The notes beneath the pieces were generated by a model, which saw only the letters and a list, made by a program, of their open reading frames with translations, did not search any database and was not told where the DNA came from. A program made the position numbers and the translations under genes. This document shows, piece by piece, positions 1 to 10,405 of a stretch of 64,000 bases of DNA. The DNA is from an uncultured Methanosarcinales archaeon (GTDB lineage: Archaea; Halobacteriota; Methanosarcinia; Methanotrichales; Methanotrichaceae), in assembly GCA_963843555.1 (NCBI GenBank), contig CAWJKV010000010.1, positions 64,001 to 128,000 on the forward strand. The letters run 5' to 3'. The first letter of the stretch is position 1, and each line of letters opens with the position of its first letter.

Positions 1-1512
1 GCCTACCTGGGAGTAGGTGCTGGACTTCTTGTGATCTGTGCCGATGATCCCTTCTGCCATTCCTCCCAGAACGAGCAGGACTCCCGGCGTTATGCCCAGT
101 TTGCGTCCATACCATGCCTGGACCCCAGCGACCCCCAGGAAGCAAAAGATATGGCGATCTATGGCTTTGAGCTGTCCGAGAAGTTCAATATCCCTGTCAT
201 GCTCAGGCCCACGACGCGCGTCTCTCATGCCAGGGCGGACGTGGAAGCGGGAACTGTTCCGCCAGTATGTGGAGGCGGCCGCTTTGTCAAGAATCCTGCG
301 CGACGTGTGGCTCTGCCCGGACATGCCCGGGCGCTGCATACGGAACTGATCGCAAAGCAGGCCGCCATAGAAGAGGCTCTGCAGGCCGCCCCCTGGAACA
401 GGATCACGCTGCGAGGGAACACGGGAATCATCGCCTCGGGCATCGCAGGACTGTATGCCGAAGAGGCTATTTCGGACCTGGACCTGGACGTCTCACTGCT
501 TCGCGTCGGTTCCTATCCCCTGCCCACGAAAATGATTTGCAGCATGCTGGAACATGTCATACGGGTCCTGGTGGTAGAAGAGCTGGAGCCGGTAGTGGAA
601 GAACAGGTGGAGAGGCTGGCGAGACTGGTCAATCCAGCGGTTGAGATCCTGGGAAAGGCCGGATCCATCTCCCGCGAGGGTGAGCTCGACTTCTTGCTGG
701 TGAGAAATGCCATCGCCCGAATGCTGGGGATTCCGGAAAAGGCCACCGTGCCGAACACTGCCGCTGGAATCCTGCCGCCCCGGCCTCCGGCGCTATGTCC
801 GGGCTGCAGCCACCGTGCCACCTACTATGCCATGCGCAAAGTCTTCGGCAAGAAGGCAGTCTATCCGAGCGATATCGGCTGCTACACTATGGCCGTGGGC
901 ATGGGGACTGTGGATACCTGCCTGTGCATGGGCGCGAGCATAACTCTTGCCAGTGGAATCAGATTTGGCGGGGAGACGGAGGGCATCTGTTGTTCCCTGG
1001 GCGACTCAACTTTCCTGCATGGAGGCATGACCGGACTTTTGAACGCGGCCTACAACAAGGCCAGAATTACTGTGACCATCCTTGACAACTCCACCACGGC
1101 CATGACCGGCCATCAGCCCCATCCGGGTACGGGAGTCACTGCCACTGGAGAGCCAACGATACAGGTCTCCCTGGAGGCGCTTGTCAAAGCGCTGGGCGCA
1201 GGTTTGGTGGAGACTGTCGACCCCTATGACCTGGAAAAGACTCTGGAAAGCTTCCAGAGGGCGAAGGACTATCCAGGTCTGTCTGTAGTCATCGCCAGGC
1301 AACCCTGCGTGATCAAAGCCCGCCGGAGCGGTGCCCGCCCCAGGGTCTTCCAGGTGGGCGAAGGATGCCAGGGGTGCGGGATCTGTGTGGACTTTGGCTG
1401 CCCTGCCATCGAATTCGAGGGAGATCTGGCCAAGATAAATAATCTGTGCACCGGCTGCGGGGTCTGTGCCATGATCTGCCCCAGCTCCGTAATCACGGAG
1501 GTGGGAAGATGA
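1..1512 (+). CDS. iorA: Indolepyruvate:ferredoxin oxidoreductase alpha subunit (5'-truncated by window edge)
   Basis: ADDP..HSSQNEQDSR, RPPALCPGCSHR, SDIGCY, GDSTFLH (TPP-binding), C-terminal 2[4Fe-4S] CxxCxxC motifs; overlaps iorB start. Confidence 0.95.
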   Translation, partial: AYLGVGAGLLVICADDPFCHSSQNEQDSRRYAQFASIPCLDPSDPQEAKDMAIYGFELSEKFNIPVMLRPTTRVSHARADVEAGTVPPVCGGGRFVKNPARRVALPGHARALHTELIAKQAAIEEALQAAPWNRITLRGNTGIIASGIAGLYAEEAISDLDLDVSLLRVGSYPLPTKMICSMLEHVIRVLVVEELEPVVEEQVERLARLVNPAVEILGKAGSISREGELDFLLVRNAIARMLGIPEKATVPNTAAGILPPRPPALCPGCSHRATYYAMRKVFGKKAVYPSDIGCYTMAVGMGTVDTCLCMGASITLASGIRFGGETEGICCSLGDSTFLHGGMTGLLNAAYNKARITVTILDNSTTAMTGHQPHPGTGVTATGEPTIQVSLEALVKALGAGLVETVDPYDLEKTLESFQRAKDYPGLSVVIARQPCVIKARRSGARPRVFQVGEGCQGCGICVDFGCPAIEFEGDLAKINNLCTGCGVCAMICPSSVITEVGR

Positions 1513-2096
1513 GGACATCTGAATGCGATATAGTAATCGTAGGCGTGGGTGGTCAGGGAGTCATACTGATCTCAGACGTTATCGGCCGGGCTGGGGTTAT
1601 GGCCGGGAAACCAGTGCGTGGAGCTGAGACGCACGGCATGGCCCAGCGAGGCGGCAGCGTCATAAATCACACCCGCATAGGGTGCCGCTTCAGTCCCATG
1701 GTTGCCTCCGGCGGAGCAGATGTGCTGGTAGCCCTGGAGCCTGCAGAAGCCCTGCGCTTTGCCTACTTCCTCTCGCCCAATGGCGTGGCCCTGGTCAACA
1801 CCAGGCCGGTGCTGCCGGTTACCGTGACCACAGGAGTCGCTCGCTACCCTCTTCTGGATGAGATGCTTGCCCCCCTGGAGGGCCTTTGCCGAACTGTGAA
1901 CGCAATGGATGCCACGGCCCTGGCAAAGAAGGCGGGCACAGCTCAGGCCATGAACGTGGTAATGCTCGGTGCCCTTGCCAGGTATATTCCATTGCCAGAA
2001 GACTTTATCATGGGGGCTCTTTGCGATGTGGTGCCGCCCAAATACCTGGAAGCGAATAAAAAAGCCTTCTCTTTGGGAAAAGCTGAAGTAGAATAG
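1509..2096 (+). CDS. iorB: Indolepyruvate:ferredoxin oxidoreductase beta subunit
   Basis: GVGGQGVIL, ETHGMAQRGGSV motifs; ATG at 1509 overlaps the iorA stop (ATGA). Confidence 0.95.
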   Translation: MRTSECDIVIVGVGGQGVILISDVIGRAGVMAGKPVRGAETHGMAQRGGSVINHTRIGCRFSPMVASGGADVLVALEPAEALRFAYFLSPNGVALVNTRPVLPVTVTTGVARYPLLDEMLAPLEGLCRTVNAMDATALAKKAGTAQAMNVVMLGALARYIPLPEDFIMGALCDVVPPKYLEANKKAFSLGKAEVE

Positions 2097-2113
2097 CCGA
2101 GAAATAAAAGGGT

Positions 2114-2764
2114 ATGGAAGAAGAAAATAAAGCAGAAGAGATTACGACAGAAGAGCAGAAAACCGAGGACAAAGCTGTCCCCATAGTCACCCGTTCCATG
2201 GTGGAGGAAGCCTGTCCGACCTGTGGCGCAGAAGCGCCTTCCATGCCCGCGGTGCTCCCCGATCCGAATTGGTCCACAGAGAAGCTGATCGCAGCAACCA
2301 AAGACAAGCACATGCTGGTGCGCTCCAACGCCATCATCCTCCTATCAAAACGCGAAGCCTCCGAGACTCTGGAGGCGCTAATCGAAGCTCTAAAAGATGA
2401 AGAGTATCTGGTCAAGAGCAATGCCATGGTGGCCATCGCTGCATACGGAAAGCAGGTCTCTGAACGCATAATTCAGGCTCTGGGCGATGCGGATAAGGAT
2501 GTACGCGCAGGCGCTGCCTGGATCATCGGAGAGCTCAAGGACAACCGAGCTGTTGAAGCTTTGGAGAAGGTGGCCAAGGACGATTACCCTCTGGCCAGGA
2601 TTCAGGCCAAAGCGTCCCTGGTGGCTATGGGCAAAGGTCCCAAGAAAGAAGCTCGAAAGATAGAAGTCGAGGATGCCGCAGAACCAGTAGAACCAAATAT
2701 GGCAGAACCAGAGGAGGAAAAGAAAGCAGAACCAGAGGAAGTCAAAGAGGAGACCGCGCAATAG
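2114..2764 (+). CDS. HEAT/PBS-lyase repeat protein with CPxCG motif and acidic C-terminal tail
   Basis: Repeated LIEALKD...VRxxAAxxLG-type units; EEACPTCG; repeated AEPEE in the tail. Confidence 0.8.
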   Translation: MEEENKAEEITTEEQKTEDKAVPIVTRSMVEEACPTCGAEAPSMPAVLPDPNWSTEKLIAATKDKHMLVRSNAIILLSKREASETLEALIEALKDEEYLVKSNAMVAIAAYGKQVSERIIQALGDADKDVRAGAAWIIGELKDNRAVEALEKVAKDDYPLARIQAKASLVAMGKGPKKEARKIEVEDAAEPVEPNMAEPEEEKKAEPEEVKEETAQ

Positions 2765-2891
2765 AGCCGCAATCTCCTTTTCTTCAGGTAAGCGTTTCCA
2801 ATCCCTGGCCAGCCGAACTTCTTTTCGAGTTGTATCCCGTGCTCGTCTTTACCGGACAAAATATATCAAGGTGAAGCGCCTCTTGATACAT

Positions 2892-3128
2892 ATGGGCAGC
2901 ATAATTGGCGACAGCGTCTATGATGTGATCGAGTTAGTGGGAACCTCAACAAAAAGCTGGGAAGAAGCAGTTGAGACCGCAATCGAAACCGCAGACAAAA
3001 GGCTGACAAACATGAGGATCGCCGAGGTCGTGGACTTGGACACAAACCTTGCCGAGGGAAAAATAATAGTATATCGGGCCCGGGTCAAGCTCTCCTTCAA
3101 GCATGAGGTCGAGCCTGAGACGCTTTGA
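2892..3128 (+). CDS. Dodecin family flavin-binding protein
   Basis: [24 protein letters not shown]...[10 protein letters not shown] dodecin signature; alternative GTG start at 2871. Confidence 0.9.
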   Translation: MGSIIGDSVYDVIELVGTSTKSWEEAVETAIETADKRLTNMRIAEVVDLDTNLAEGKIIVYRARVKLSFKHEVEPETL

Positions 3129-3187
3129 ATTCAAACGCGTTATCCTCAGGAAAGGCTTTAACAGATAAAACCATAACGCTAAGAGAC

Positions 3188-4309
3188 GTGCCCAAAATCA
3201 GCTTGATTATCCCCACCAGAAACGAAGCTGAGACCATCTGCGAATGCATTCATAGAGCCAAGCTGGCCTTTGCTAAGAGCGGTCTGGAGGGTGAGGTCAT
3301 AGTTGCAGACAGCTCAAGCGATAAGACTGCCAGTATTGCTGCATCCTGCGGCGCAAGAATTGTCCTGCCCGGAAAGCTGGGATATGGAAATGCCTATCTG
3401 GCTGGATTCGAGGAGGCGCAAGGGGATTTTATTGTTCTTATGGACGGGGATCTGACCTATGATCCCGGAGCCATCCAGAGTATGCTCGCCCTGCTGCAAA
3501 GCGGCAGTTATGACATGGTAATGGGGTCCCGGCTGAAGGGAGAGATTCTTCCCGGGGCCATGCCTGCCCTCCATCGCTATATTGGAAACCCGGTCCTCAC
3601 CTGGGTGCTGAACCAGCTCTTTTCCACAGGCATCTCGGATGCCCATTGCGGCCTGCGTGCCATCACCAGCGAGGGACTGAAAAGGCTGAGGCTCAAGTCG
3701 GGAGGAATGGAATTCGCCTCAGAGATGGTGATCGAAGCGGCTTCCAAGGATCTGAGAATCGCTGAAGTTCCTATCACTTATTATCCACGCAAAGGGGATT
3801 CCAAGCTCCATTCCTTTACTGACGGCTGGAGACATCTGCGTTTTATGATGCTCTACCGGCCAGGGCCTTTTCTGCTCATTCCCGGACTGCTGGCCCTTGG
3901 TTTCGGACTGGTCTTAGCCGTGGGAGTGTATCTGCAGGGAGGATCGAGGATGCATTCTCTGATCCTGGGTGGCCTCTTGCTCATCATAGGGTATCAGATG
4001 CTCTTGGCCGGACTCTATTTCGGGGCATTCGGCGTCACCTATGGCCTTTCCAGCCCGGGGAGAGTTGGAAAGTTGATAAGCTATCATTCACTGGAAAAGG
4101 AGCTGATTTTGGGGCTGGCGCTGCTTGCAGCAGGTGTAATTATTGGGCTGAGTGTCCTGCTGAGGTGGGGAGGGTCCGGCTTTGGGGCCCTGGACGCCGC
4201 CCAGAACGCCATGATCGCCATGATCTTATCGATCCTCGGAATCCAGACCATCTTCTCTGGAATGTTCATCAGCCTGCTCTTGCTTTACAATGAACATCAG
4301 GACGGCTAA
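3188..4309 (+). CDS. Glycosyltransferase family 2 (dolichol-P-mannose synthase-like) with C-terminal membrane domain
   Basis: [22 protein letters not shown] (DxD), SDAHCG; hydrophobic C-terminal helices; GTG start chosen inside ORF 3125..4309. Confidence 0.9.
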   Translation: MPKISLIIPTRNEAETICECIHRAKLAFAKSGLEGEVIVADSSSDKTASIAASCGARIVLPGKLGYGNAYLAGFEEAQGDFIVLMDGDLTYDPGAIQSMLALLQSGSYDMVMGSRLKGEILPGAMPALHRYIGNPVLTWVLNQLFSTGISDAHCGLRAITSEGLKRLRLKSGGMEFASEMVIEAASKDLRIAEVPITYYPRKGDSKLHSFTDGWRHLRFMMLYRPGPFLLIPGLLALGFGLVLAVGVYLQGGSRMHSLILGGLLLIIGYQMLLAGLYFGAFGVTYGLSSPGRVGKLISYHSLEKELILGLALLAAGVIIGLSVLLRWGGSGFGALDAAQNAMIAMILSILGIQTIFSGMFISLLLLYNEHQDG

Positions 4310-4315
4310 AGGTGT

Positions 4316-5435
4316 TTGGAATTGGAGATTGCCTACATCTATGACGCCGTCTACCCCTGGGTAAAGGGCGGCGCAGAGAAGAGGATCTATGAGCTCTCGC
4401 AAAGGATGGCCCGGCGCGGGCACATTGTGCACTGCTATGGCATGAAATGGTGGCAGGGAGAGAAAGTGATCCAGAGGGATGGTGTGCACCTGCATGGCAT
4501 CTGTGAACCCATGCCGCTATACTCCGGCGGTAGAAGATCGATGAAGGAGGCGGCCTACTTCGCAGGCAAGGTTCTATCCATTCGCACGGACTGCGAGATA
4601 GTTGACTGCCAGAACTTTCCCTATCTTTCCTGCTTCTCTGCCAAGCTCCTCACCAGCCTTAAGGGACGGGATTTATTCATCACCTGGCATGAGGTCTGGG
4701 GCGAATACTGGCACGAGTACCTGGGAAAGAAAGGCATCCTGGGTGAGTATATTGAGCTGGCTGCCGCCCGGTTGACGGAGTCGAACATCGCCGTCTCAGA
4801 GAGGACCCGCAGGGATCTGGAAAGGCTGGGTGTGAAAGCCGTCCAGGTGGTGCCAAACGGCATCGACTGGCAGAGAATTGAGCAGATAAGGCCCTCGGAG
4901 AAGCAGTCGGATATAATTTGCGCGGGAAGGCTGGTCAAGCATAAGAACGTGGATATTCTCATCCAGGCGCTCGGGATGGTGTTGTCGGAAGTCCCAGATG
5001 TGAGAGCCCTGATAGTCGGAGATGGCCCGGAGATTAGCAGGCTGAAAGCTCTGGTTCGCGAGAAAGGACTGGAAAAGAATGTCGAGTTTTGCGGCTTTCT
5101 GGAGAGCTACGATGATGTCCTGGCCCTCATGAAATCATCCCGGGTGTTCGCCTCGCCGTCCACAAGAGAGGGCTTCGGCATGGCGGCCCTGGAGGCAAAT
5201 GCCTGCGGTCTGCCCGTGGTCACAGTGAGGCACAGGATGAACGCAGTGATGGATCTGGTTACAGAGCAGACGGGGATGGTCTGCGAGCCCACGGCCGGAG
5301 GCTCTGGCGGACGGGCTTTGCCGGGCGCTGCAGGAGAGCGATGCCATGCGAGGGCGGTGCGTGGAGACGGCAAGAAAGTACGATTGGGATGAGATATGCG
5401 ACACGGCGGAGAGGGTTTATGCAGGAGGGATGTGA
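4316..5435 (+). CDS. Glycosyltransferase family 4 (apparent 1-nt frameshift near 5297)
   Basis: YPWVKGGAEKR, REGFGMAALEANACGLPV; the C-terminus ...ARKYDWDEIC continues in another frame to TGA at 5433-5435. Confidence 0.88.
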
Positions 5436-5533
5436 CCGAAAACTCTCCCGCACCGGAGGAATAGGATATTTGGTCCACAATTACCAGATAAGAAGTTTTT
5501 TAACCAAAGTTAACCTAATTTAACATATGGCCG

Positions 5534-5869
5534 GTGCAACGAGACAGAAGGAATCTCAGGGATATGTATATAGGTTCGAAGATAACGCGCAGCGAGCTCG
5601 CGCAGATTCAAGACCTAATTGATGCCGGAGTCTATCTCAATGCATCGGACTTCGTCCGAGATGCAATCCGTGACAAGCTGGCTGCCATAAAAGTGATAAA
5701 ATGCCGTGATGTCGATTACGAGACGGCAAAGAAGGAGATCACAGGGTACTTCCAGAGAAAGCATGAGGCCTATCCCGATGAGATCTCTCAAGATCTGGAG
5801 CTTGATTTTGACCTGGTGCGCAGGATTACTTCCGAGCTGAAGAAAGAGGGCCGCCTGGAGGCCGTTTAA
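5534..5869 (+). CDS. Ribbon-helix-helix (CopG/Arc-like) regulator with C-terminal wHTH-like segment; possible antitoxin
   Basis: IQDLIDAGVYLNASDFVRDAIRDKL RHH pattern; YPDEISQDLELDFDLV HTH-like segment. Confidence 0.7.
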   Translation: MQRDRRNLRDMYIGSKITRSELAQIQDLIDAGVYLNASDFVRDAIRDKLAAIKVIKCRDVDYETAKKEITGYFQRKHEAYPDEISQDLELDFDLVRRITSELKKEGRLEAV

Positions 5870-6048
5870 TGGAGTGCTACGAAGAGGGCGATGCATTACA
5901 CGGTGCAAAGATCTACGCTGAGGCTCGAAAGATTCAAGGCCCAGCAGACATTGTGAAGAGCGGCAGGCATAGGGCACAGAGCATCACACTGATAGAGAAT
6001 GCCCAAGCGGTAATCATCCAGAAGCTGAGATGGATTCCCGAGCATTAA
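5869..6048 (+). CDS. Small hypothetical ORF (59 aa), translationally coupled to the RHH gene
   Basis: TAATG stop/start overlap at 5867-5871; MECYEEGDALHGAKIYAEARK...LRWIPEH; below the ORF-track cutoff. Confidence 0.3.
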   Translation: MECYEEGDALHGAKIYAEARKIQGPADIVKSGRHRAQSITLIENAQAVIIQKLRWIPEH

Positions 6049-6181
6049 ATTGAACCACATTTCCACCACATAGCCCGACGAGCCGGGCCCAGCCTCCACA
6101 TCGACAAAACATATTAACGCCCGGTTACGGGCGCATTTTTCAGTAGGTCAGCCTGCACTCGCACTTTTCGCGGGATACAGC

Positions 6182-6929
6182 CTATCGCTGAGGTCTTGCG
6201 TCCGAGGGCAAAGGCACCCTCTCCTGGCCGTGAGATATTCTCCAGCGAATTCTCTTTATAATGCCCAGAAGGCTGCGCGCCTCTCTTTCGGTCAGTTCGG
6301 CCCTGCCGAAGATGCGCCGCAGCATCAGATCTGCAAAATCCACTTTATGCTCGGGGTAGCAGACCTCCTGGAGCAGCGAATTGGCTCTTTCTTGGAGTAG
6401 ATTTAGGCTCTGCCGGCTGGCCAGCTCTTGCTCCGCTCTCAGACCGGGAGAGTTCATAGAAGAGGATTGCAGCCGCATGAGAGAGGTTCATGACGGGATA
6501 ATCGCTGCTGGTGGGGATGGAGACCAACATGTCGCAGATGGCCAGCTCCTCACTGTTCAGGCCGCAGTCTTCCCGTCCCAGCAGCAGGGCCACAGTCCCC
6601 TCTTTTCCATTCAGCTTCGCGGCGAGCTGTGCGGGCGTCAAGCACGGCACGCGCAAATGCAGTCGCAGGTGGTGCTGCTCACTCTCCAATCTCTTGCCGG
6701 TCGTGCCCACCACCAGGTTGGCTCCCACTACCGCCTCCGGCAGGGATGAGAAGCTTCTGGACATCTGCAGAACGTCCCTTGCATGGGAGGCCATGGCAGA
6801 GCCGTAGTCTTCTATCTTGCAGGGGTTGACCAACATCAGATCATGAAAGCCGAAGTTCTTCATGGCCCGGGCCACAGAGCCCACATTGCCCTCGTACAGC
6901 GGCTCGACCAGGACGACCCGCAGCTTCAT
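6182..6929 (-). CDS. trmJ: tRNA (C32/U32-2'-O)-methyltransferase, TrmJ/LasT family SPOUT (frameshift near 6430)
   Basis: VVLVEPLYEGNVGSVARAMKNFG, GREDCGL, YPVMNLSHA; C-terminal LRRIFGRAELTERE in ORF 6182..6478. Confidence 0.9.
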
Positions 6930-8354
6930 CCTTTGGATACTCCCAGAGGCACAAGCTTGGCGACTTTGGTAGCGATTTTGAGGTTGTGTACCACGTCCAC
7001 CACATCTCCGGAGGGCTTGTAGACCTGGGGAGCCTCCTCCGCCAGCATGGCGGGTGACGTTGCCTTGACCACGATTCCCTGAAAATTCAGGGCAGCCTTC
7101 ACGTCTTTGCCGGTGAACAATCTGGTGGCCCGGCTCCGGCTCATGACCCTGCCTGCACCGTGGCAGGCGGAGCCAAAAGAGACATCCAGGGCATGATCGT
7201 TGCCGCAGAGAACATAAGAGGGCGTTCCCATGCTTCCCGGTATGAGCACTGGCTGGCCAACGTTTCTGTAGGTCTCCGGCACCTCCCTGCGGCTGGGACC
7301 AAAGGCCCGGGTCGCGCCCTTGCGGTGCACGTACAGACGCTCGCGCTTGCCATCCACATCATGCTCCTCGATCTTGGCCACATTGTGAGCCACATCGTAA
7401 ACCAGATCAAGCTTGGAACCGGGGAAGTACCTTTCAAAGACTTCTCGCGTCCAGTGGGCGATGATATGCCGGTTGGCCCAGGCGTAGTTGGCGGCGCAGA
7501 CCATTCCTCCAAAGTAGTGCTCCGCCTCAGGAGAGCCCAGAGGCGCGCAGGCAAGCTGCTTGTCTGGAATATCGATATTGTATTTTCTTACCGCCTGGTT
7601 CAAGACCTCCAGATGATCGGTGCAGATCTGGTGGCCGGCTCCTCGAGAGCCGCAGTGGATCATAATCGTAATCTGGCCTTTGAAGAGGCCGAACTGCTTT
7701 GCCTTTTCCTCGTCGAAGATCTCTTCCACTCGCTGGATCTCCAGGAAGTGATTGCCGCTGCCGAGGGTTCCCAGCTGAGGACGGCCTCTCTTGCGAGCTT
7801 TCACGCTCACCTGGGCCGGGTCGGCTCCCGGCATGTGGCCGTTCTCTTCGCAGTGAGTCACGTCAGCTTCCACACCATAGCCCTGCTCCACCGCCCACTC
7901 GGAACCGGAGATGAAGGCCTCTGTGAGCTGCTGATCGCTGGCATGCAGCCGGCCGGTGGCACCGAGGCCGGAGGGGATGGCCTCGAATAGAGCATCGATG
8001 AGGGTATTCATGAGCGGCTGCACCAGCTTTGAGTCGATGTCGGTGCGGAGAAGGCGTACGCCGCAGTTGATGTCGAAAGCCCACGCCTCCCGGGCTTATG
8101 ATGCCGCCGTCTTCTCGAAAAGCTGCCACGCCGCCGATGGGAAAGCCGTAGCCCAGGTGAGCATCGGGCATGGCCATGGAGTATTTGACAATACCGGGTA
8201 GGGTGGCGACATTGGCCACCTGATCTATCGTTCCCGGCTCCACCATCTCCCGCAGCGCCGCGGAGACGAAGATTCGCCCTGGCACACGCATGCCCGGCCG
8301 GTAGCCTATGGGCACTTCGTAAGTATTATCATCGATCTTGTTGATATCTGCCAT
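6926..8354 (-). CDS. rtcB: RNA ligase RtcB (frameshift near 8077)
   Basis: [18 protein letters not shown](F)DINCG across the shift, [30 protein letters not shown]. Confidence 0.95.
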
Positions 8355-8356
8355 AT

Positions 8357-8776
8357 TCACACGTCCAAAATCACCTGAATGCACCAGTGATCGTTCTTCT
8401 TGATCCGAAACTGGTGCATGGTGATGGCTTTGACCTCGTTCTCGAAGGCATGTCTTTTGAGGTCCATTCTCTCGCCGCCGATTTCAGCTACAAGCTTCCA
8501 GGACCCGTTTTGCCGGAGCAAGACCTCGAAGGTGGCAAAGACTGCTGACTCGGTCTCGAAGAGGAATACGATTTCCGAGAGCCACTTGTAAGCCAGATCC
8601 TCCAGCAATGGTGCCTCCAGCTCCACCTTCCAGGTCTCCAGGATCTGCACTGTGGCCGGGTCCACCATGGTCTTGAAGAGAGCGGCTGCGGCATTGGAGA
8701 GCATCTCGTCCGGGGTTTCACCGTAGGCGCGAAACTTTACATCGGCGGTATGCTCCAGGTACTCGAAAGGAATCAT
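8357..8776 (-). CDS. Archease
   Basis: [11 protein letters not shown]-terminus, VKAITMH, ends ILDV; directly upstream of rtcB. Confidence 0.95.
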   Translation of the reverse strand: MIPFEYLEHTADVKFRAYGETPDEMLSNAAAALFKTMVDPATVQILETWKVELEAPLLEDLAYKWLSEIVFLFETESAVFATFEVLLRQNGSWKLVAEIGGERMDLKRHAFENEVKAITMHQFRIKKNDHWCIQVILDV

Positions 8777-8803
8777 TTGATTATAATTGGGAGCCGCCGG
8801 GCA

Positions 8804-9689
8804 TTAAAGGATTGCCAGTCCTCGGGTCAGCCCCGCTCGCGCGGCCAGGCGCAGGGCTTCGCTGTACTCCTGGCCGGTGATGGACCGACTCAACTCCGGA
8901 AAGCGGCAGGCATTGTACTCCGGACGGTACTGAGACATGATGTTCAGGTAGGTGTTCGATGAGATCTCCTGAGAGAGGAAGCGAACGACCTCAGCAGTGC
9001 CGGCTAGCGCCCGCAGGGAGCACCAGGTGGCGGACCAGAAGGCCCCGCACTGCGATGCCGTCTTCGTCCAGGACCAGGTCGCCCACCTGGCGGTGCATCT
9101 CCCGGATGGCCGACTTCATGAAATCGCGTATACTGCGGGGCCTGGAATACTTCAGCGCCATCTCGTCCGAGCCGAACTTTGCATCGGGCATGTAGATGTC
9201 GAATATGCCCTCCAGGAGCCGCAGCGTCTCCACTGAGTCGTATCCGCCGCTGTTGTAGACCAGAGGGACGTGGAGGCCCTCTTTTCGGGCCAGCACCAGA
9301 GCCTCCAGGATCTGCGGGACGACGTGCGTGGGCGTGACGAAGTTGATGTTGTGGCAGCCTTTGCGCTGCAGCGCCAGCATCATCCGGGCCAGGGCCCCGG
9401 CAGAGACCTCCGCTCCCCGGTTCTGTTGGCTGATATCGTAGTTCTGGCAGAAGACGCATGACAGATTGCAGCCGGAGAAGAAGATGGTGCCGGAGCCAGC
9501 GCGGCCTACCAGGGGCGGCTCTTCGCCGAAATGGGGCGCGTAGCTGGCCACGCGAGAGAGGCGGCCGGTGCGACAGAAGCCGCGCTCATCCTGCAGACGG
9601 TTCACGCCGCAGCGGCGGGGGCAGAGGTCGCACGACTCCAGGCGCGCCACGGCCGCGCGGGCGCGCTCTTCCAGAATTTCCATGGGCAT
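8804..9689 (-). CDS. Radical SAM protein, PflX-like (frameshifts near 9135 and 9005)
   Basis: CDLCPRRCGVNR, HFGEEPPLVG, GCNLSCVFCQN, LLVRHLVLP; C-terminal NIMSQYRP in another frame, ending TAA at 8804. Confidence 0.88.
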
Positions 9690-9930
9690 GAGGTTATAGC
9701 TGGCCAAGAGAAACCACCTGGGATTTTGGAGGCGAATGTGTGATGAGCCTTTCGGCGGCATTCCTCGGCTTATGGTCCACAAGAAACCCTTTCAGGCGGG
9801 CTGGCTGGTGCAAGAAGGGTCCTCGATGAGACGGTCGCTCGATTTTGTTGCGGATGTGGCGCTTAACATTCGTCCCCGCCACGGATGAGAGCGATTATAG
9901 GGTCTGAGCTATGAAAAATGTGACGACGGC

Positions 9931-10086
9931 TCAGAGCTTGATTCCACGTCTGCGGCAATACTCTTCGAAGGTTATGCCTTGATCTTTGTTTTTGAGCAGA
10001 TATTCGTACTCTTCGTCTACGTGGGCCGCCTCGCTGTAATCTCCTTTCTCTTGATGCTCTTTTACTTCGACGGCATTCATCTTCAT
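9931..10086 (-). CDS. Small acidic protein (51 aa), probable antitoxin partner of the upstream RelE-type toxin
   Basis: MKMNAVEVKEHQEKGDYSEAAHVDEEYEYLLKNKDQGITFEEYCRRRGIKL; TATA-like TATATATTAA about 25-30 nt upstream; missed by the ORF track. Confidence 0.55.
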   Translation of the reverse strand: MKMNAVEVKEHQEKGDYSEAAHVDEEYEYLLKNKDQGITFEEYCRRRGIKL

Positions 10087-10123
10087 GATCACAACTAGAT
10101 TTAGGTATTATTAATATATACTC

Positions 10124-10405
10124 TCATCGGTAATCTGAGTCTCCAGATCTGAGAAATGCGTTAGTGACTGTTACTGTCTTGCCGTTTTCATCGATGAAAT
10201 ATTCCAGCCTGTGCCTTCCGACTCTCAGCCGGTACATAGGAGGTGACTTGAAGCCTCTCAGCTTTATGATATCGACCAGAGGCCGGGACCTGTAGGGATT
10301 CTTCTTCAATTCAGCAATACTTGACCAGATATTCCTTATTGCCCGCTCTTCCAAGGTATCAAGATATCTTTGAGCCTTCGATAGGATAATTACCGCATAG
10401 GTCAT
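10124..10405 (-). CDS. RelE/ParE family type II toxin
   Basis: MTYAVIILSKAQRYLDTL...KNPY...IKLRG...YRLRVGRHRLEYFID; 93 aa from ATG 10405. Confidence 0.85.
   Translation of the reverse strand: MTYAVIILSKAQRYLDTLEERAIRNIWSSIAELKKNPYRSRPLVDIIKLRGFKSPPMYRLRVGRHRLEYFIDENGKTVTVTNAFLRSGDSDYR

Noticed and set aside
8070..8085. Programmed ribosomal frameshifting in rtcB, herA, nurA or nmd3
   Set aside because: No common slippery heptamer, and there are too many unrelated genes affected; sequencing indels are more parsimonious.
9740..9766. GTGATGA as a hammerhead core or box C/D sRNA
   Set aside because: Lacks CUGAUGA plus GAAA in hammerhead arrangement, and there is no box D/D' at sRNA spacing.
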